The translations under genes and the position numbers were made by a program. Of a stretch of 64,000 nucleotides of DNA, positions 52,132 through 61,294 are shown in pieces. Numbering within the stretch: position 1 is the stretch's first letter; each line of letters opens with the position of its first letter. Source of the stretch: Fimbriimonadales bacterium (GTDB lineage Bacteria; Armatimonadota; Fimbriimonadia; Fimbriimonadales; ATM1); the NCBI GenBank assembly GCA_041744215.1, contig JBGTLG010000016.1, forward strand, positions 96,001 through 160,000, in the 5' to 3' direction. The notes under the pieces are model-generated. The model ran no database searches, was not told the origin of the DNA, and saw only the letters and a program-made list of their open reading frames with translations.

Positions 52132-53589
52132 GTGATGAACCGAGTCAAGCTTGACGGTGGCCCGCTTTCGGTCGAGTCAGTGGCCCAAGTTTCGCTGGGT
52201 GCACAGGTGGACCTCGAACCAGACGCTCTTCTGCGAATGTCACGCTCCCGCGCTATCCTGGAGGACCTTGAGGCAACCGGTCAGCCCATTTACGGGGTGA
52301 ACACGGGATTTGGACCTCTGCGATCCGTCGTAATCTCAGCGGATGACCGAATCAAGCTACAAGAGAATTTAATCCGGTCCCACGCTGCTGGTGTCGGCGA
52401 ACCGTTGCCAAAACAGAGTGTTCGGGCGGCGATGGTCGTGCTCGCCGCATCGTTATTGCGGGGGCATAGCGGTGTGCCTCCCTCTGTCGTTACGTCGATT
52501 TGCGAACGACTCAACCGCGACGACATCCCGATTGTCCCGAGTCAAGGGTCGCTCGGGGCGAGTGGAGACCTAGCGCCACTGGCCCATATCGCAGAGGACC
52601 TGCTCAAAAGCGGAGAGTTGGAGTTAGCGAGCAAGGTGGGACTCTCGCTTATCAACGGGACGCATGTTCACACAGGGCTTGCTGCGCTGGCGGTTTTGGA
52701 GGCCGAAGGTCTCGCTGCGGCTGCCGACGTAGCCTGCGCAATGATGGTTGAGGCGCTGCTGTGCTCAGGCAAACCATTCGATGACGCTCTGCATGCGCTT
52801 CGCCCTCACAAGCACCAGGTGATCTCTGCGAGAAACATCTCGCGACTCGTTACGGGCAGCGAGATGATGGTGAGCCACGCAAACTGCGGCGAGGTACAAG
52901 ACGCCTATTCGGTGCGTTGCGCGCCGCAGGTGCATGGCGCTTCGAGGCAGGCCATCGCACATTTGCGCGAGATCGTTGAGATCGAGTTAGCGAGCGTGAC
53001 GGACAATCCGTTGGTGGTTGGTAACGAAGTTGTCTCTGCTGGGCACTTTCATGGCGAGCCTGTCGGTCTTGCCCTTGACTATCTGAAGATTGGTGTTGCG
53101 GAGCTTGCGTCAATCAGCGAAAGGCGTACCGAAAGAGCGCTGAACAAAGAGCTGAATCGGGGCCTGCCCGCATTCCTCGTGTCCTCCCCAGGACTAAACA
53201 ACGGGATGATGATTTGCCAGTACACGGCGGCTGCTTTGGTGAGCGAAAACAAGGTGCTTTCCCACCCATCGTGTGTGGACTCGATTCCTACCGGAGCGAA
53301 TCAGGAAGATCACGTGTCGATGGCGATGAATTCAGCATTGCACGCGCGTAGGATTCTAACAAACACCCGTCGGGTCATTGCTATCGAAATGCTAGTTGCG
53401 GCGCAAGCTCTGGATTGCCGTCGGGCGCTTCAACGCGAACGTCCGGGAGCGGGGGTTCAGGTGGCGTGGGATGAAGTCAGGCGGCAATCAGCACACGTTG
53501 CCGCTGATCGATCTTTGTCAGAAGACGTTGAGTCGCTTGACGTCGTTGCGATCGCGGCCGCCGCCTTTCGTGCGTTCGAGCAGATGTAG
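52132..53589 (+). CDS. hutH: Histidine ammonia-lyase
   Basis: YGVNTGFG, MIO-forming ASG (GASGDLAPLAH), INGT, QDAYSVRC.PQVHG, NQEDHVSM. Confidence 0.93.
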   Translation: MMNRVKLDGGPLSVESVAQVSLGAQVDLEPDALLRMSRSRAILEDLEATGQPIYGVNTGFGPLRSVVISADDRIKLQENLIRSHAAGVGEPLPKQSVRAAMVVLAASLLRGHSGVPPSVVTSICERLNRDDIPIVPSQGSLGASGDLAPLAHIAEDLLKSGELELASKVGLSLINGTHVHTGLAALAVLEAEGLAAAADVACAMMVEALLCSGKPFDDALHALRPHKHQVISARNISRLVTGSEMMVSHANCGEVQDAYSVRCAPQVHGASRQAIAHLREIVEIELASVTDNPLVVGNEVVSAGHFHGEPVGLALDYLKIGVAELASISERRTERALNKELNRGLPAFLVSSPGLNNGMMICQYTAAALVSENKVLSHPSCVDSIPTGANQEDHVSMAMNSALHARRILTNTRRVIAIEMLVAAQALDCRRALQRERPGAGVQVAWDEVRRQSAHVAADRSLSEDVESLDVVAIAAAAFRAFEQM

Positions 53590-53664
53590 TTCGCCTAAAC
53601 GTGGAACCCTGCGAAAAGGAAAGTTGTTCGTGTATTCTGGGCACCAGAGAGTAACCCCTTTAAT

Positions 53665-56280
53665 ATGAGATTCGACAAACTAACACTTAAGGCACAAGAC
53701 GCCGTTCAGAGCGCGCAACAAGTTGCTGAGCGATTCAAGAGCTCCAACGTTGAACCGGAACACTTGCTGCTTGCGCTGCTAGAGCAACAGGAAGGCATCG
53801 CGACACCGCTATTGGAGAAGGTCGGAGCGATTCCAGCGCTGATCCGTAAACAAGCAACGGAAGAACTGGAGCGCCAACCGAAAGTTGAGGGCGCAAGTGA
53901 TTACGGTAGCGCGCTGGGGCCACGGTTGAAGTCCGCGCTCGACGAAGCGTTTCGGATCGCCGAGGCAATGAAAGATGAGTACGTTTCCAGCGAGCACCTG
54001 CTGGTTGGACTTGCCACCGACACTCATGCTTTTGCTGGCCGGACACTTCGCGCAAATGGTGCAGACCGTGCCGCACTTGAGCGCGCAATTGATGACATTC
54101 GGGGAGGGCGGAGAGTTACCGATCAGTCACCAGAAGACAAGTACCAGGCTCTCGATAAGTATGGCAAGGATCTCACCGCTATGGCACGAGCGGCCAAGCT
54201 TGATCCAGTCATTGGCCGGGACGAGGAGATACGGCGCGTCATCCAAGTTCTCTCGCGGAGGACCAAAAACAATCCGGTTCTGATTGGTGAGCCTGGTGTC
54301 GGAAAAACGGCGATCGTAGAAGGCCTGGCTCAACGCGCCGTTGCGGGTGACGTTCCGGAGGGTCTGAAGGGAAAGAGCGTGATCGCGTTGGACCTTGGCG
54401 CGCTCGTTGCCGGCGCGAAGTTCAGGGGCGAATTCGAAGAACGGCTGAAAGCGGTGCTCGAAGAGATCAAGAACAGCGAAGGGGAAATTGTCTGTTTCAT
54501 CGACGAACTGCACAACCTCGTTGGAGCTGGGCGAGCCGAGGGGAGTATGGATGCGGCGAACATGCTCAAGCCTATGCTTGCCCGTGGCGAATTGAGGTGC
54601 ATAGGCGCGACGACGCTCGACGAGTATCGGAAGTATATCGAGAAGGACGCAGCACTTGAGAGAAGATTTCAACCGGTAATGGTCGCTCAGCCTTCTGTGC
54701 ACGACACCATTAGTATTCTGCGCGGACTGAAGGAGAAGTATGAGGTTCACCACGGAGTGCGGATCACCGATAGCGCAATCGTTGCCGCAGCCACGCTGAG
54801 CGACCGGTACATCACCGATCGCTTTCTGCCTGATAAAGCGATTGATTTGATCGACGAAGCAGCCAGCCGGCTGCGAATCGAGATTGATAGTGTTCCTACC
54901 GAAATCGACACGCTTGATCGCAGAATGAGGCAGCTTGAGATTGAGAAGCAGGCTTTGAAAAAAGAAGAAGACACCGCTAGCAAAGATCGCCTGCAAAGAA
55001 TCGATAAGGATCTTGCAGAACTCAGCGAAGAGCGAGGACGATTAGTCGCACATTGGCAACGAGAGAAAGAAAAGATCGCGTCGATACGCGAAAGCAAGGC
55101 AAAGTACGAAGACTTGCGGGCAGAGCTCGAGCAAGCGACCCGCGATGCCGACTTCGAGAAAGCCGCGAGGCTTCAGCACGGTGAAATGCCGTCAGTGAAG
55201 CGCGTACTGGAGACTCTAGAAGCTGAGTTGGATGAGCTCCAGCACGAGGCGAAGATGCTCAAAGAAGAAGTAGACGACGAAGACATCGCAGAAGTTGTAT
55301 CGAAGTGGACGGGCATCCCAGTTACTAAGTTGGTGGAGGGTGAGATGTCGAAGTTGCTGAGAATGGAGGACAGGCTTCACTTGCGGGTAGTTGGACAACA
55401 TGATGCGATCGTCTCGGTTGCGGACGCTGTGCGTCGATCGCGCTCTGGCATTGCGGATCCGAATCGACCCATAGGTAGCTTTTTGTTCCTGGGGCCCACC
55501 GGCGTCGGAAAAACTGAGCTTGCTCGAGCGCTAGCAGAGTTTCTGTTCGATGATGAACGCAATATGATCCGCATCGACATGAGCGAGTATCAGGAGAAGC
55601 ATACTGTCGCGCGGCTTATCGGCGCGCCCCCTGGGTACATCGGTTATGAAGAGGGAGGGCAGCTGACCGAGGCTGTTCGGCGCAAACCGTACAGCGTCGT
55701 ACTATTCGATGAGGTCGAAAAGGCACACCCAGAAGTTTTCAATGTACTTTTGCAAGTGCTTGATGACGGGCGATTGACTGACGGACAGGGTCGCACGGTC
55801 GATTTTAAGAACGTGGTTATGGTGATGACGAGCAACTTGGGCTCGCACGTTTTCAGTGAATATCCGCTGCCTACGGATGATGACCGAACCACAGCCCGTG
55901 ACAAGGTCTTGGAAATCGTCCGCGCGTACTTTCGGCCGGAGTTTCTCAATCGAATCGATGACATCGTCGTCTTTAGCCCGCTAAGCCCTGCTGAGATAAA
56001 GCAGATTGTAGAGATCCAGCTCGAAATCTTGATGAAGAGATTAGAAGACCGAAAGATTCAAGTCATCTTGACGGAAAGTGCAAAGAACGAACTTGCTATT
56101 GTCGGCTATGACCCCGCTTACGGCGCCCGGCCCCTCAAGAGGGCGATTCAAACGCACATCTTGAATCCTCTTGCGAAAGAGATTCTCTCTGGAAACATCC
56201 CGCAAGGATCCCAGGTCTCTGTTAGCTTTGCCGAGGGGCGGTTCACGTTTAGCGCAGAACGACCGCAAGTGGAAGCTTAG
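53665..56280 (+). CDS. clpB: ATP-dependent disaggregase ClpB
   Basis: Clp-N, GEPGVGKT, long M-domain coiled coil, [16 protein letters not shown]; no ClpP-binding IGF loop. Confidence 0.96.
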   Translation: MRFDKLTLKAQDAVQSAQQVAERFKSSNVEPEHLLLALLEQQEGIATPLLEKVGAIPALIRKQATEELERQPKVEGASDYGSALGPRLKSALDEAFRIAEAMKDEYVSSEHLLVGLATDTHAFAGRTLRANGADRAALERAIDDIRGGRRVTDQSPEDKYQALDKYGKDLTAMARAAKLDPVIGRDEEIRRVIQVLSRRTKNNPVLIGEPGVGKTAIVEGLAQRAVAGDVPEGLKGKSVIALDLGALVAGAKFRGEFEERLKAVLEEIKNSEGEIVCFIDELHNLVGAGRAEGSMDAANMLKPMLARGELRCIGATTLDEYRKYIEKDAALERRFQPVMVAQPSVHDTISILRGLKEKYEVHHGVRITDSAIVAAATLSDRYITDRFLPDKAIDLIDEAASRLRIEIDSVPTEIDTLDRRMRQLEIEKQALKKEEDTASKDRLQRIDKDLAELSEERGRLVAHWQREKEKIASIRESKAKYEDLRAELEQATRDADFEKAARLQHGEMPSVKRVLETLEAELDELQHEAKMLKEEVDDEDIAEVVSKWTGIPVTKLVEGEMSKLLRMEDRLHLRVVGQHDAIVSVADAVRRSRSGIADPNRPIGSFLFLGPTGVGKTELARALAEFLFDDERNMIRIDMSEYQEKHTVARLIGAPPGYIGYEEGGQLTEAVRRKPYSVVLFDEVEKAHPEVFNVLLQVLDDGRLTDGQGRTVDFKNVVMVMTSNLGSHVFSEYPLPTDDDRTTARDKVLEIVRAYFRPEFLNRIDDIVVFSPLSPAEIKQIVEIQLEILMKRLEDRKIQVILTESAKNELAIVGYDPAYGARPLKRAIQTHILNPLAKEILSGNIPQGSQVSVSFAEGRFTFSAERPQVEA

Positions 56281-56282
56281 GC

Positions 56283-56936
56283 TTACGATTGTGGCCTGGC
56301 AACGACGGCATACTGCAAGTATCTCGCGTCTCGGAACGCGCCGAAAGTCAGGAATAGTGCTACTGACAACTTTGCACCAATCGCAGCGTTGATTCCTTCG
56401 ATACGCTCGATTTGGTAGTGAGAGGACTCAAACAGCCGTACTATGCTCTTTTTCGTGAAGTAGCGCAAGTGGGTTTTGTCAAAAACACCCGAATCGTCCC
56501 AAGGGAAATCTCGATTCCAGAGGATCTGCTTGAGCGCGCGGAAATAGCGTATGTTCGGTATCGACGCAACAACGACACCCTGCCTCGATAATAGGGGTCG
56601 TGCGAGTCTTAGCGCTTCGTCAGGCCATGCCAGATGTTCAAGTACGTCGTTGAAAATGATCGCATCGAAACGGCCGTGCGGTAACGAACGTAGTTGATCA
56701 ACGGCCTCACCCACCAACACCCGATCCAATCGCTTCTTCGCTTCGTTAGCCATGTCCGCATTGATTTCGATCCCCCAAACCTCTGCGCTACTGCTCTGTT
56801 TGATCATTTCTCCGAATCCACCTGCCCCGCATCCGACGTCGAGCGCACAGCCCAATGAATCCGGGAGAAACGGAATCATCTCATCGCGGAGTCCGCGAAA
56901 ATATGGGTCGATGTGTTCGAGGGATCCTGCGCTCAT
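56283..56936 (-). CDS. Class I SAM-dependent methyltransferase
   Basis: LDVGCGAG, FNDVLEHL, ASIPNIR, DKTHLRYFT. Confidence 0.88.
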   Translation of the reverse strand: MSAGSLEHIDPYFRGLRDEMIPFLPDSLGCALDVGCGAGGFGEMIKQSSSAEVWGIEINADMANEAKKRLDRVLVGEAVDQLRSLPHGRFDAIIFNDVLEHLAWPDEALRLARPLLSRQGVVVASIPNIRYFRALKQILWNRDFPWDDSGVFDKTHLRYFTKKSIVRLFESSHYQIERIEGINAAIGAKLSVALFLTFGAFRDARYLQYAVVARPQS

Positions 56937-56998
56937 CGTCGAATCATTATGATCCAGGGAACGCTTCAGAGGCATTCCTCGTTGAATCGATGCAAGAT

Positions 56999-57853
56999 AT
57001 GCCAGATCAGGGCTTTGATGATAGGCGGATATCCAGGAGGAAGCTTCTAAAGCGAGGCGCGTTCGCGGGTCTTGGTTTGGTTGGCATTGACGCATTCCTC
57101 ATCGAACCAAATTGGATAGCCCTTGAAAAGTTTGACGTGCGGATCAGTGGGCTTCCAAACGCATTTGATGGCTTTCGCATTGGACAGCTCACTGACATCC
57201 ATTGGCCTAGGAGAATCAGTCTCGAGTTTGTACGGAATGCTTGGAAGCTGCTCCGTGACCAGTTTCAGGCCGACGTTATCGTCATAACCGGCGACATCGT
57301 AGACGTTTATGCTGGCGACCTCAAGTCACTTTATCCACTCTTTGAGGGCATCGATGCAACATGTAATGTGTACGCGGTATTCGGCAATCACGACCACTAC
57401 TACGGAGCTAATGTTGTTAGAAGATTGCTGAAGGAAACTCCGATTAGATTGCTAGAAAACGAGAGAGTGCTTTTGGAGCGAGGTAATGCCGCGATTGCAC
57501 TTGGCGGGGTTGGCGATTATTGGGAAGGAATCGTCGACCTCCAGTCGACTTTTGGAGGTCTGCCAGGAGAAGTTCCAAGAGTTCTGCTTTCGCACAACCC
57601 GGATTTGGCAGAGGAATCGGTTTCGAATGTCCGAGTCGACCTGCAGTTGTCGGGACACACTCACGGCGGAGAAGTGCGCTTGCCTTTGCTTCCCCCGCTA
57701 TTCGCTCCGACGAAGTACAGAAAGTTTGTGAGCGGTTACGCCAAAGGAGCGCATCACGACGTCTTTGTATCGCGTGGAATATGCAGCCCGCGCGGCGCGC
57801 GACTCTTCTGCCGCCCTCAAGTTTGCGGCATCACACTCAAGGCCGCGCCATGA
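56999..57853 (+). CDS. Tat-exported metallophosphoesterase (YkuE/YaeI type)
   Basis: SRRKLL, LTDIH, TGD, GNHD, LSHNPD, SGHTHGG. Confidence 0.9.
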   Translation: MPDQGFDDRRISRRKLLKRGAFAGLGLVGIDAFLIEPNWIALEKFDVRISGLPNAFDGFRIGQLTDIHWPRRISLEFVRNAWKLLRDQFQADVIVITGDIVDVYAGDLKSLYPLFEGIDATCNVYAVFGNHDHYYGANVVRRLLKETPIRLLENERVLLERGNAAIALGGVGDYWEGIVDLQSTFGGLPGEVPRVLLSHNPDLAEESVSNVRVDLQLSGHTHGGEVRLPLLPPLFAPTKYRKFVSGYAKGAHHDVFVSRGICSPRGARLFCRPQVCGITLKAAP

Positions 57854-58762
57854 CTAGTTAGCGCCTTGTGATATCCATCTTTCGATCAGGTCGATTTGCT
57901 CTTGTGCAAGTTTCGATCCGCCTTGCGGCATTCGAGGGCCACTTGTCCACTTGATAGAACCAAGAAGCGAACTTGCTTCCGCGTTTCCAGGAACGATCGA
58001 GCGGCTTTGGAGCGCTGCATCCCGGGAAGTCAAAGTCAAGCCGCCGCTTGTTCCATGACAAGACGTGCACTTCGCGCTGAGTATTGGCGCAACGTCGGCC
58101 CACAATACTGGTCGCTCTCGTGGTTTTTCCAACTTCTCTGCTCCCACTGGCGGCAAGAACTTAAAAGTACCCTCGGCTATCGCATCGGAACCAGATGCGA
58201 ATGCAGTGGCGATAACCAAGATCTCGCCCGCCGAGGTTTTTGTAAGTCCTCCCTTTGCAACACCTGTCTTGGTATCGATGTAAAGGGTGAAGGTTTGGTC
58301 ACCTGGCATCGAGAAGCTGACCTCTTGAGTCGCAACCCCTCGGATCGTCCTCTTCGCTCCGAGTGCCAGGTTCTTGACGTCTCCAAACACATCAGGCACA
58401 AAAAAAGGCGACCACATCCAAACATCAGACTCTTTCATCCGTCTGTGTAATGCCTCCTCGACGACTTCGGACTCGGTATAGCTGTTGTCCGCGTTATCGT
58501 ACGCCCAGATTGTTGATCCGTCGCTAACCAGCACTCCTCCAGGACTCTCAATTCTGAGTCGCTTGTTTTTTGCGAGGTACACCTTGTGTTCGACGGCCGC
58601 AGCCGGAACTCGCTGCACCGAAAGGGTGATGGCTATTGCATCCGCCTCCCGCATCGCTTTTACATGGTTGTCCAAAAGCGACTTGGCGGTTGCCGTTTGG
58701 GGTTTTGGAAAGAGCGCAGCCGAGATCATCAGAGTGGCCGCGATTACCGAAATTCTAATCAT
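57854..58762 (-). CDS. LolA-like domain fused to a monoheme cytochrome c (planctomycete cytochrome C-like)
   Basis: Signal peptide; LRIE...VSDGSTIWAYD...Y, LYID, FKFLPP (LolA-like); VAPILSAKCTSCHG..PG....S.L..RMP..WISQGA; SD AGGAGG. Confidence 0.8.
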   Translation of the reverse strand: MIRISVIAATLMISAALFPKPQTATAKSLLDNHVKAMREADAIAITLSVQRVPAAAVEHKVYLAKNKRLRIESPGGVLVSDGSTIWAYDNADNSYTESEVVEEALHRRMKESDVWMWSPFFVPDVFGDVKNLALGAKRTIRGVATQEVSFSMPGDQTFTLYIDTKTGVAKGGLTKTSAGEILVIATAFASGSDAIAEGTFKFLPPVGAEKLEKPRERPVLWADVAPILSAKCTSCHGTSGGLTLTSRDAALQSRSIVPGNAEASSLLGSIKWTSGPRMPQGGSKLAQEQIDLIERWISQGAN

Positions 58763-58893
58763 GTTGCCTCCTGGGGTCCGAAGGTAGAACGGTTGGGAGG
58801 GCCGATCAGGTTCCACAATGTGGGCGGCGAGGCTGGCAGGTGGCTTGGATAAGTGCAACATCGGGCATTTGGATATAGAATACACTCCCTATC

Positions 58894-59595
58894 ATGCAGG
58901 TCCTCTTGATCGCAACCATCTTGCTCGCAAGTCCAGCGAGTGGTCCCCGGTCCGTAGTAGCGGCCGGGAGAGCGTGTACGGTCATCGACCTTCGGCTTGA
59001 TGACATTCGACTGGACATTGTCGTTGCAAACGGCTTTCCCAGCGGCGATGAAACATTCACGAGTATGGTTGTGCGCGCAAAGCCGCTTGCGGCTATAAAC
59101 GGCGCGTACTTCTCCACCGACACCAAGAAGCCGATCGGCGATATCGTAATCGGCGGACGAGTCCTGTTGCAGGGAAGGATGGGCACAGCCCTCGCTATAA
59201 GGAAGGATCGAACTGTGGACATCGTCCGCGTAAAGTTCCATCGGACGATGGACTGGAGCCAATACGAGACTGTGCTTGCTTGCGGGCCTGCCTTGCTGCT
59301 TGATGGCAAAGTCGATGTCGATCCGCAAGTCGAGGGGTTCACTGAAGCAAAGATCATGCAGAAACACGCCCGGATGGGCGTGGGCTACACGAAAGATAGG
59401 CGAATTTTGATGGTCCACGTCAAGGACGCAGTCACGTTTCCTGAGTTCGCCCAAGTCATGCTTCAGTTGGGATGTTACGAAGCGATGAACCTCGACGCAG
59501 GAGCCTCGCTGGCAATGTACTACGGTGGAAAGACATTGCAAGCTCCAGGGCGCAAACTAACAAACCTGCTGGTCGCGTATCGACGTAGCGGATAG
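58894..59595 (+). CDS. Phosphodiester glycosidase (NAGPA-like) family protein
   Basis: AAINGAYF, GPALL, HARMGVG, AMNLDAGAS. Confidence 0.85.
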   Translation: MQVLLIATILLASPASGPRSVVAAGRACTVIDLRLDDIRLDIVVANGFPSGDETFTSMVVRAKPLAAINGAYFSTDTKKPIGDIVIGGRVLLQGRMGTALAIRKDRTVDIVRVKFHRTMDWSQYETVLACGPALLLDGKVDVDPQVEGFTEAKIMQKHARMGVGYTKDRRILMVHVKDAVTFPEFAQVMLQLGCYEAMNLDAGASLAMYYGGKTLQAPGRKLTNLLVAYRRSG

Positions 59596-59730
59596 TGGGC
59601 CGTCGCAGAAAGCGGTCTGTCTAGATAACCCAGCAGGAAACCAAATGTTCGCTTTCTGCGTGTACTTCCAATCTGCGCTCAGAACGGACGGCGAGACCAA
59701 ATGTTTTTACGGATCCCAAACTCGACTTTC

Positions 59731-60654
59731 TTATGCAACCTTCGCCCAGGCCTCTTTGAGCGCAGCTTCGGACGCGAGCAGCGCAGTACGCTCGCCATCC
59801 GTGCAGGTGGGCTCAATCACGCGGTGCACTCCATTTTTGCCAACGACCGTCGGTAGCGAAAGACAAACATCCTTCATGCCCATTGCACCATCCTGCATCG
59901 ATGAGACCGGGAGCATGGTTTCGCTGTTCATAGCGATCGCCTCGACGACCACTTGGATGCTAACACCAACGGCCCAGCCTGCGCCGCCCTTCATGCTGAT
60001 GACTTCTGCGCCGCTCTTCTTCGTGCGATCGAAAATTGAGTCTCCAGCTTCTTGCGACCAACCAGGCAAGCTTGAAATGTGTGTACCGTTCACCGTCGCA
60101 CTGCTCCACATCGGAACCATTGAATCGCCATGCTCGCCAAGAATTGTAGCGTGCATATCCGTCGCTGCGACGTCAAAATGGTCTGCGAGCAGCGAACGGA
60201 ATCGGCACGTGTCTAAGACAGTGCCGAGCCCTAAGACCTGATTTGCCGGCAGCCCTGAATCCCGGACTGCAAGCTGCGTTAGGATATCAACGGGGTTGCT
60301 TACGACAAGCATCGTTGCATGCGGCGGCAACCCTGCCTGTTTGACATTCGTGACGATATCGTTGAATAACACGACATTGCGGTTCATCAGTTCAAGCCGG
60401 CTTTCATCTGGCTTTCTTCGAAGACCTGCTGTAACGACAACACAATCGCTGCCCGCGACTTTGTCGTAGCCGCCCGCATAGATCTTTTGCGGGCTCGTGA
60501 ACGCTGCTCCATGGAGAAGGTCCAAGGCTTCTCCCTTGGCCATATCCTCGTTCATATCAACGATAACGATCTCTTTAACGACTCCGCCCAATTGCAGGGC
60601 AAACGCGGCATTGGAGCCGACTCGGCCTCCGCCGCCAATGATGCTGACTTTCAT
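59731..60654 (-). CDS. mdh: LDH-like malate dehydrogenase (LDH/MDH superfamily)
   Basis: GGGRVG, TAGLRRKPDESR (Arg at specificity position), SNPVD, LDTCR, GEHGD. Confidence 0.75.
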   Translation of the reverse strand: MKVSIIGGGGRVGSNAAFALQLGGVVKEIVIVDMNEDMAKGEALDLLHGAAFTSPQKIYAGGYDKVAGSDCVVVTAGLRRKPDESRLELMNRNVVLFNDIVTNVKQAGLPPHATMLVVSNPVDILTQLAVRDSGLPANQVLGLGTVLDTCRFRSLLADHFDVAATDMHATILGEHGDSMVPMWSSATVNGTHISSLPGWSQEAGDSIFDRTKKSGAEVISMKGGAGWAVGVSIQVVVEAIAMNSETMLPVSSMQDGAMGMKDVCLSLPTVVGKNGVHRVIEPTCTDGERTALLASEAALKEAWAKVA

Positions 60655-60730
60655 GCGTGTGCGTACTCCTTTGTACTCCCGGGGGACGATGCGATTATGG
60701 CATGCTCGCCGGGTCGGCTATGATCGTAGA

Positions 60731-61237
60731 GTGGCAGAAAACGAGCCAGGTCGCAACTTCGGATTCCTCGACACTGACGAAGTACTCGAGAGGCCGAGTC
60801 GTCGCTCCGCATCCTTCGACCGGACTATCGGAGGCGGGTGCTTTGCCTTTACGGCTGCGAGCCTGGCGCAGTTCGCCGCGCTCGCGCTGCCGTTCGTTGC
60901 ATCCGACCGACTGTCCACCTATGACCACTTGTACCGTACCGCGGCAATTGGGGCAGCGCTCGCGCTAGTTGCAGGATTCTTGTTCACCCACTTCGCCCGC
61001 CTTGCGGGGCTCGCCGGAAGCATCTCTGGTCTGCTCCCGGCGGGCGTATTCGTGTATCTGTACCTGTGGCACGAGATAACGCAGGCCCCAGCCATTGAAG
61101 GATATGTTCCGCCGGAGTTTCCCGCCACAGTGGCATGGGCGGTGCCGTTGTCGGTAGCCTGCTCATCAGGCCTGCTCTGGGTGGGCTACTATTGGGTGCT
61201 GTGCCGAATGGAACCGATGAACGGTAGACAAACGTAG
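60731..61237 (+). CDS. Hypothetical four-TM membrane protein
   Basis: Four hydrophobic helices; TATGAT 6 nt before GTG. Confidence 0.65.
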   Translation: MAENEPGRNFGFLDTDEVLERPSRRSASFDRTIGGGCFAFTAASLAQFAALALPFVASDRLSTYDHLYRTAAIGAALALVAGFLFTHFARLAGLAGSISGLLPAGVFVYLYLWHEITQAPAIEGYVPPEFPATVAWAVPLSVACSSGLLWVGYYWVLCRMEPMNGRQT

Positions 61238-61294
61238 CCCCTAGTATGGCTTGCTTCCCAGCGGGCCGATTGTCAGTGTCGCAATCACCAAACT

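Noticed and set aside
53590-53664. CIRCE upstream of clpB
   Set aside because: GGCACCAGAGAGTAA does not give the 9-N9-9 inverted repeat
54127-54996. 289-aa minus-strand ORF and similar ORFs antisense to groEL, gdh and pspA
   Set aside because: Typical antisense shadows of conserved genes with biased codon use
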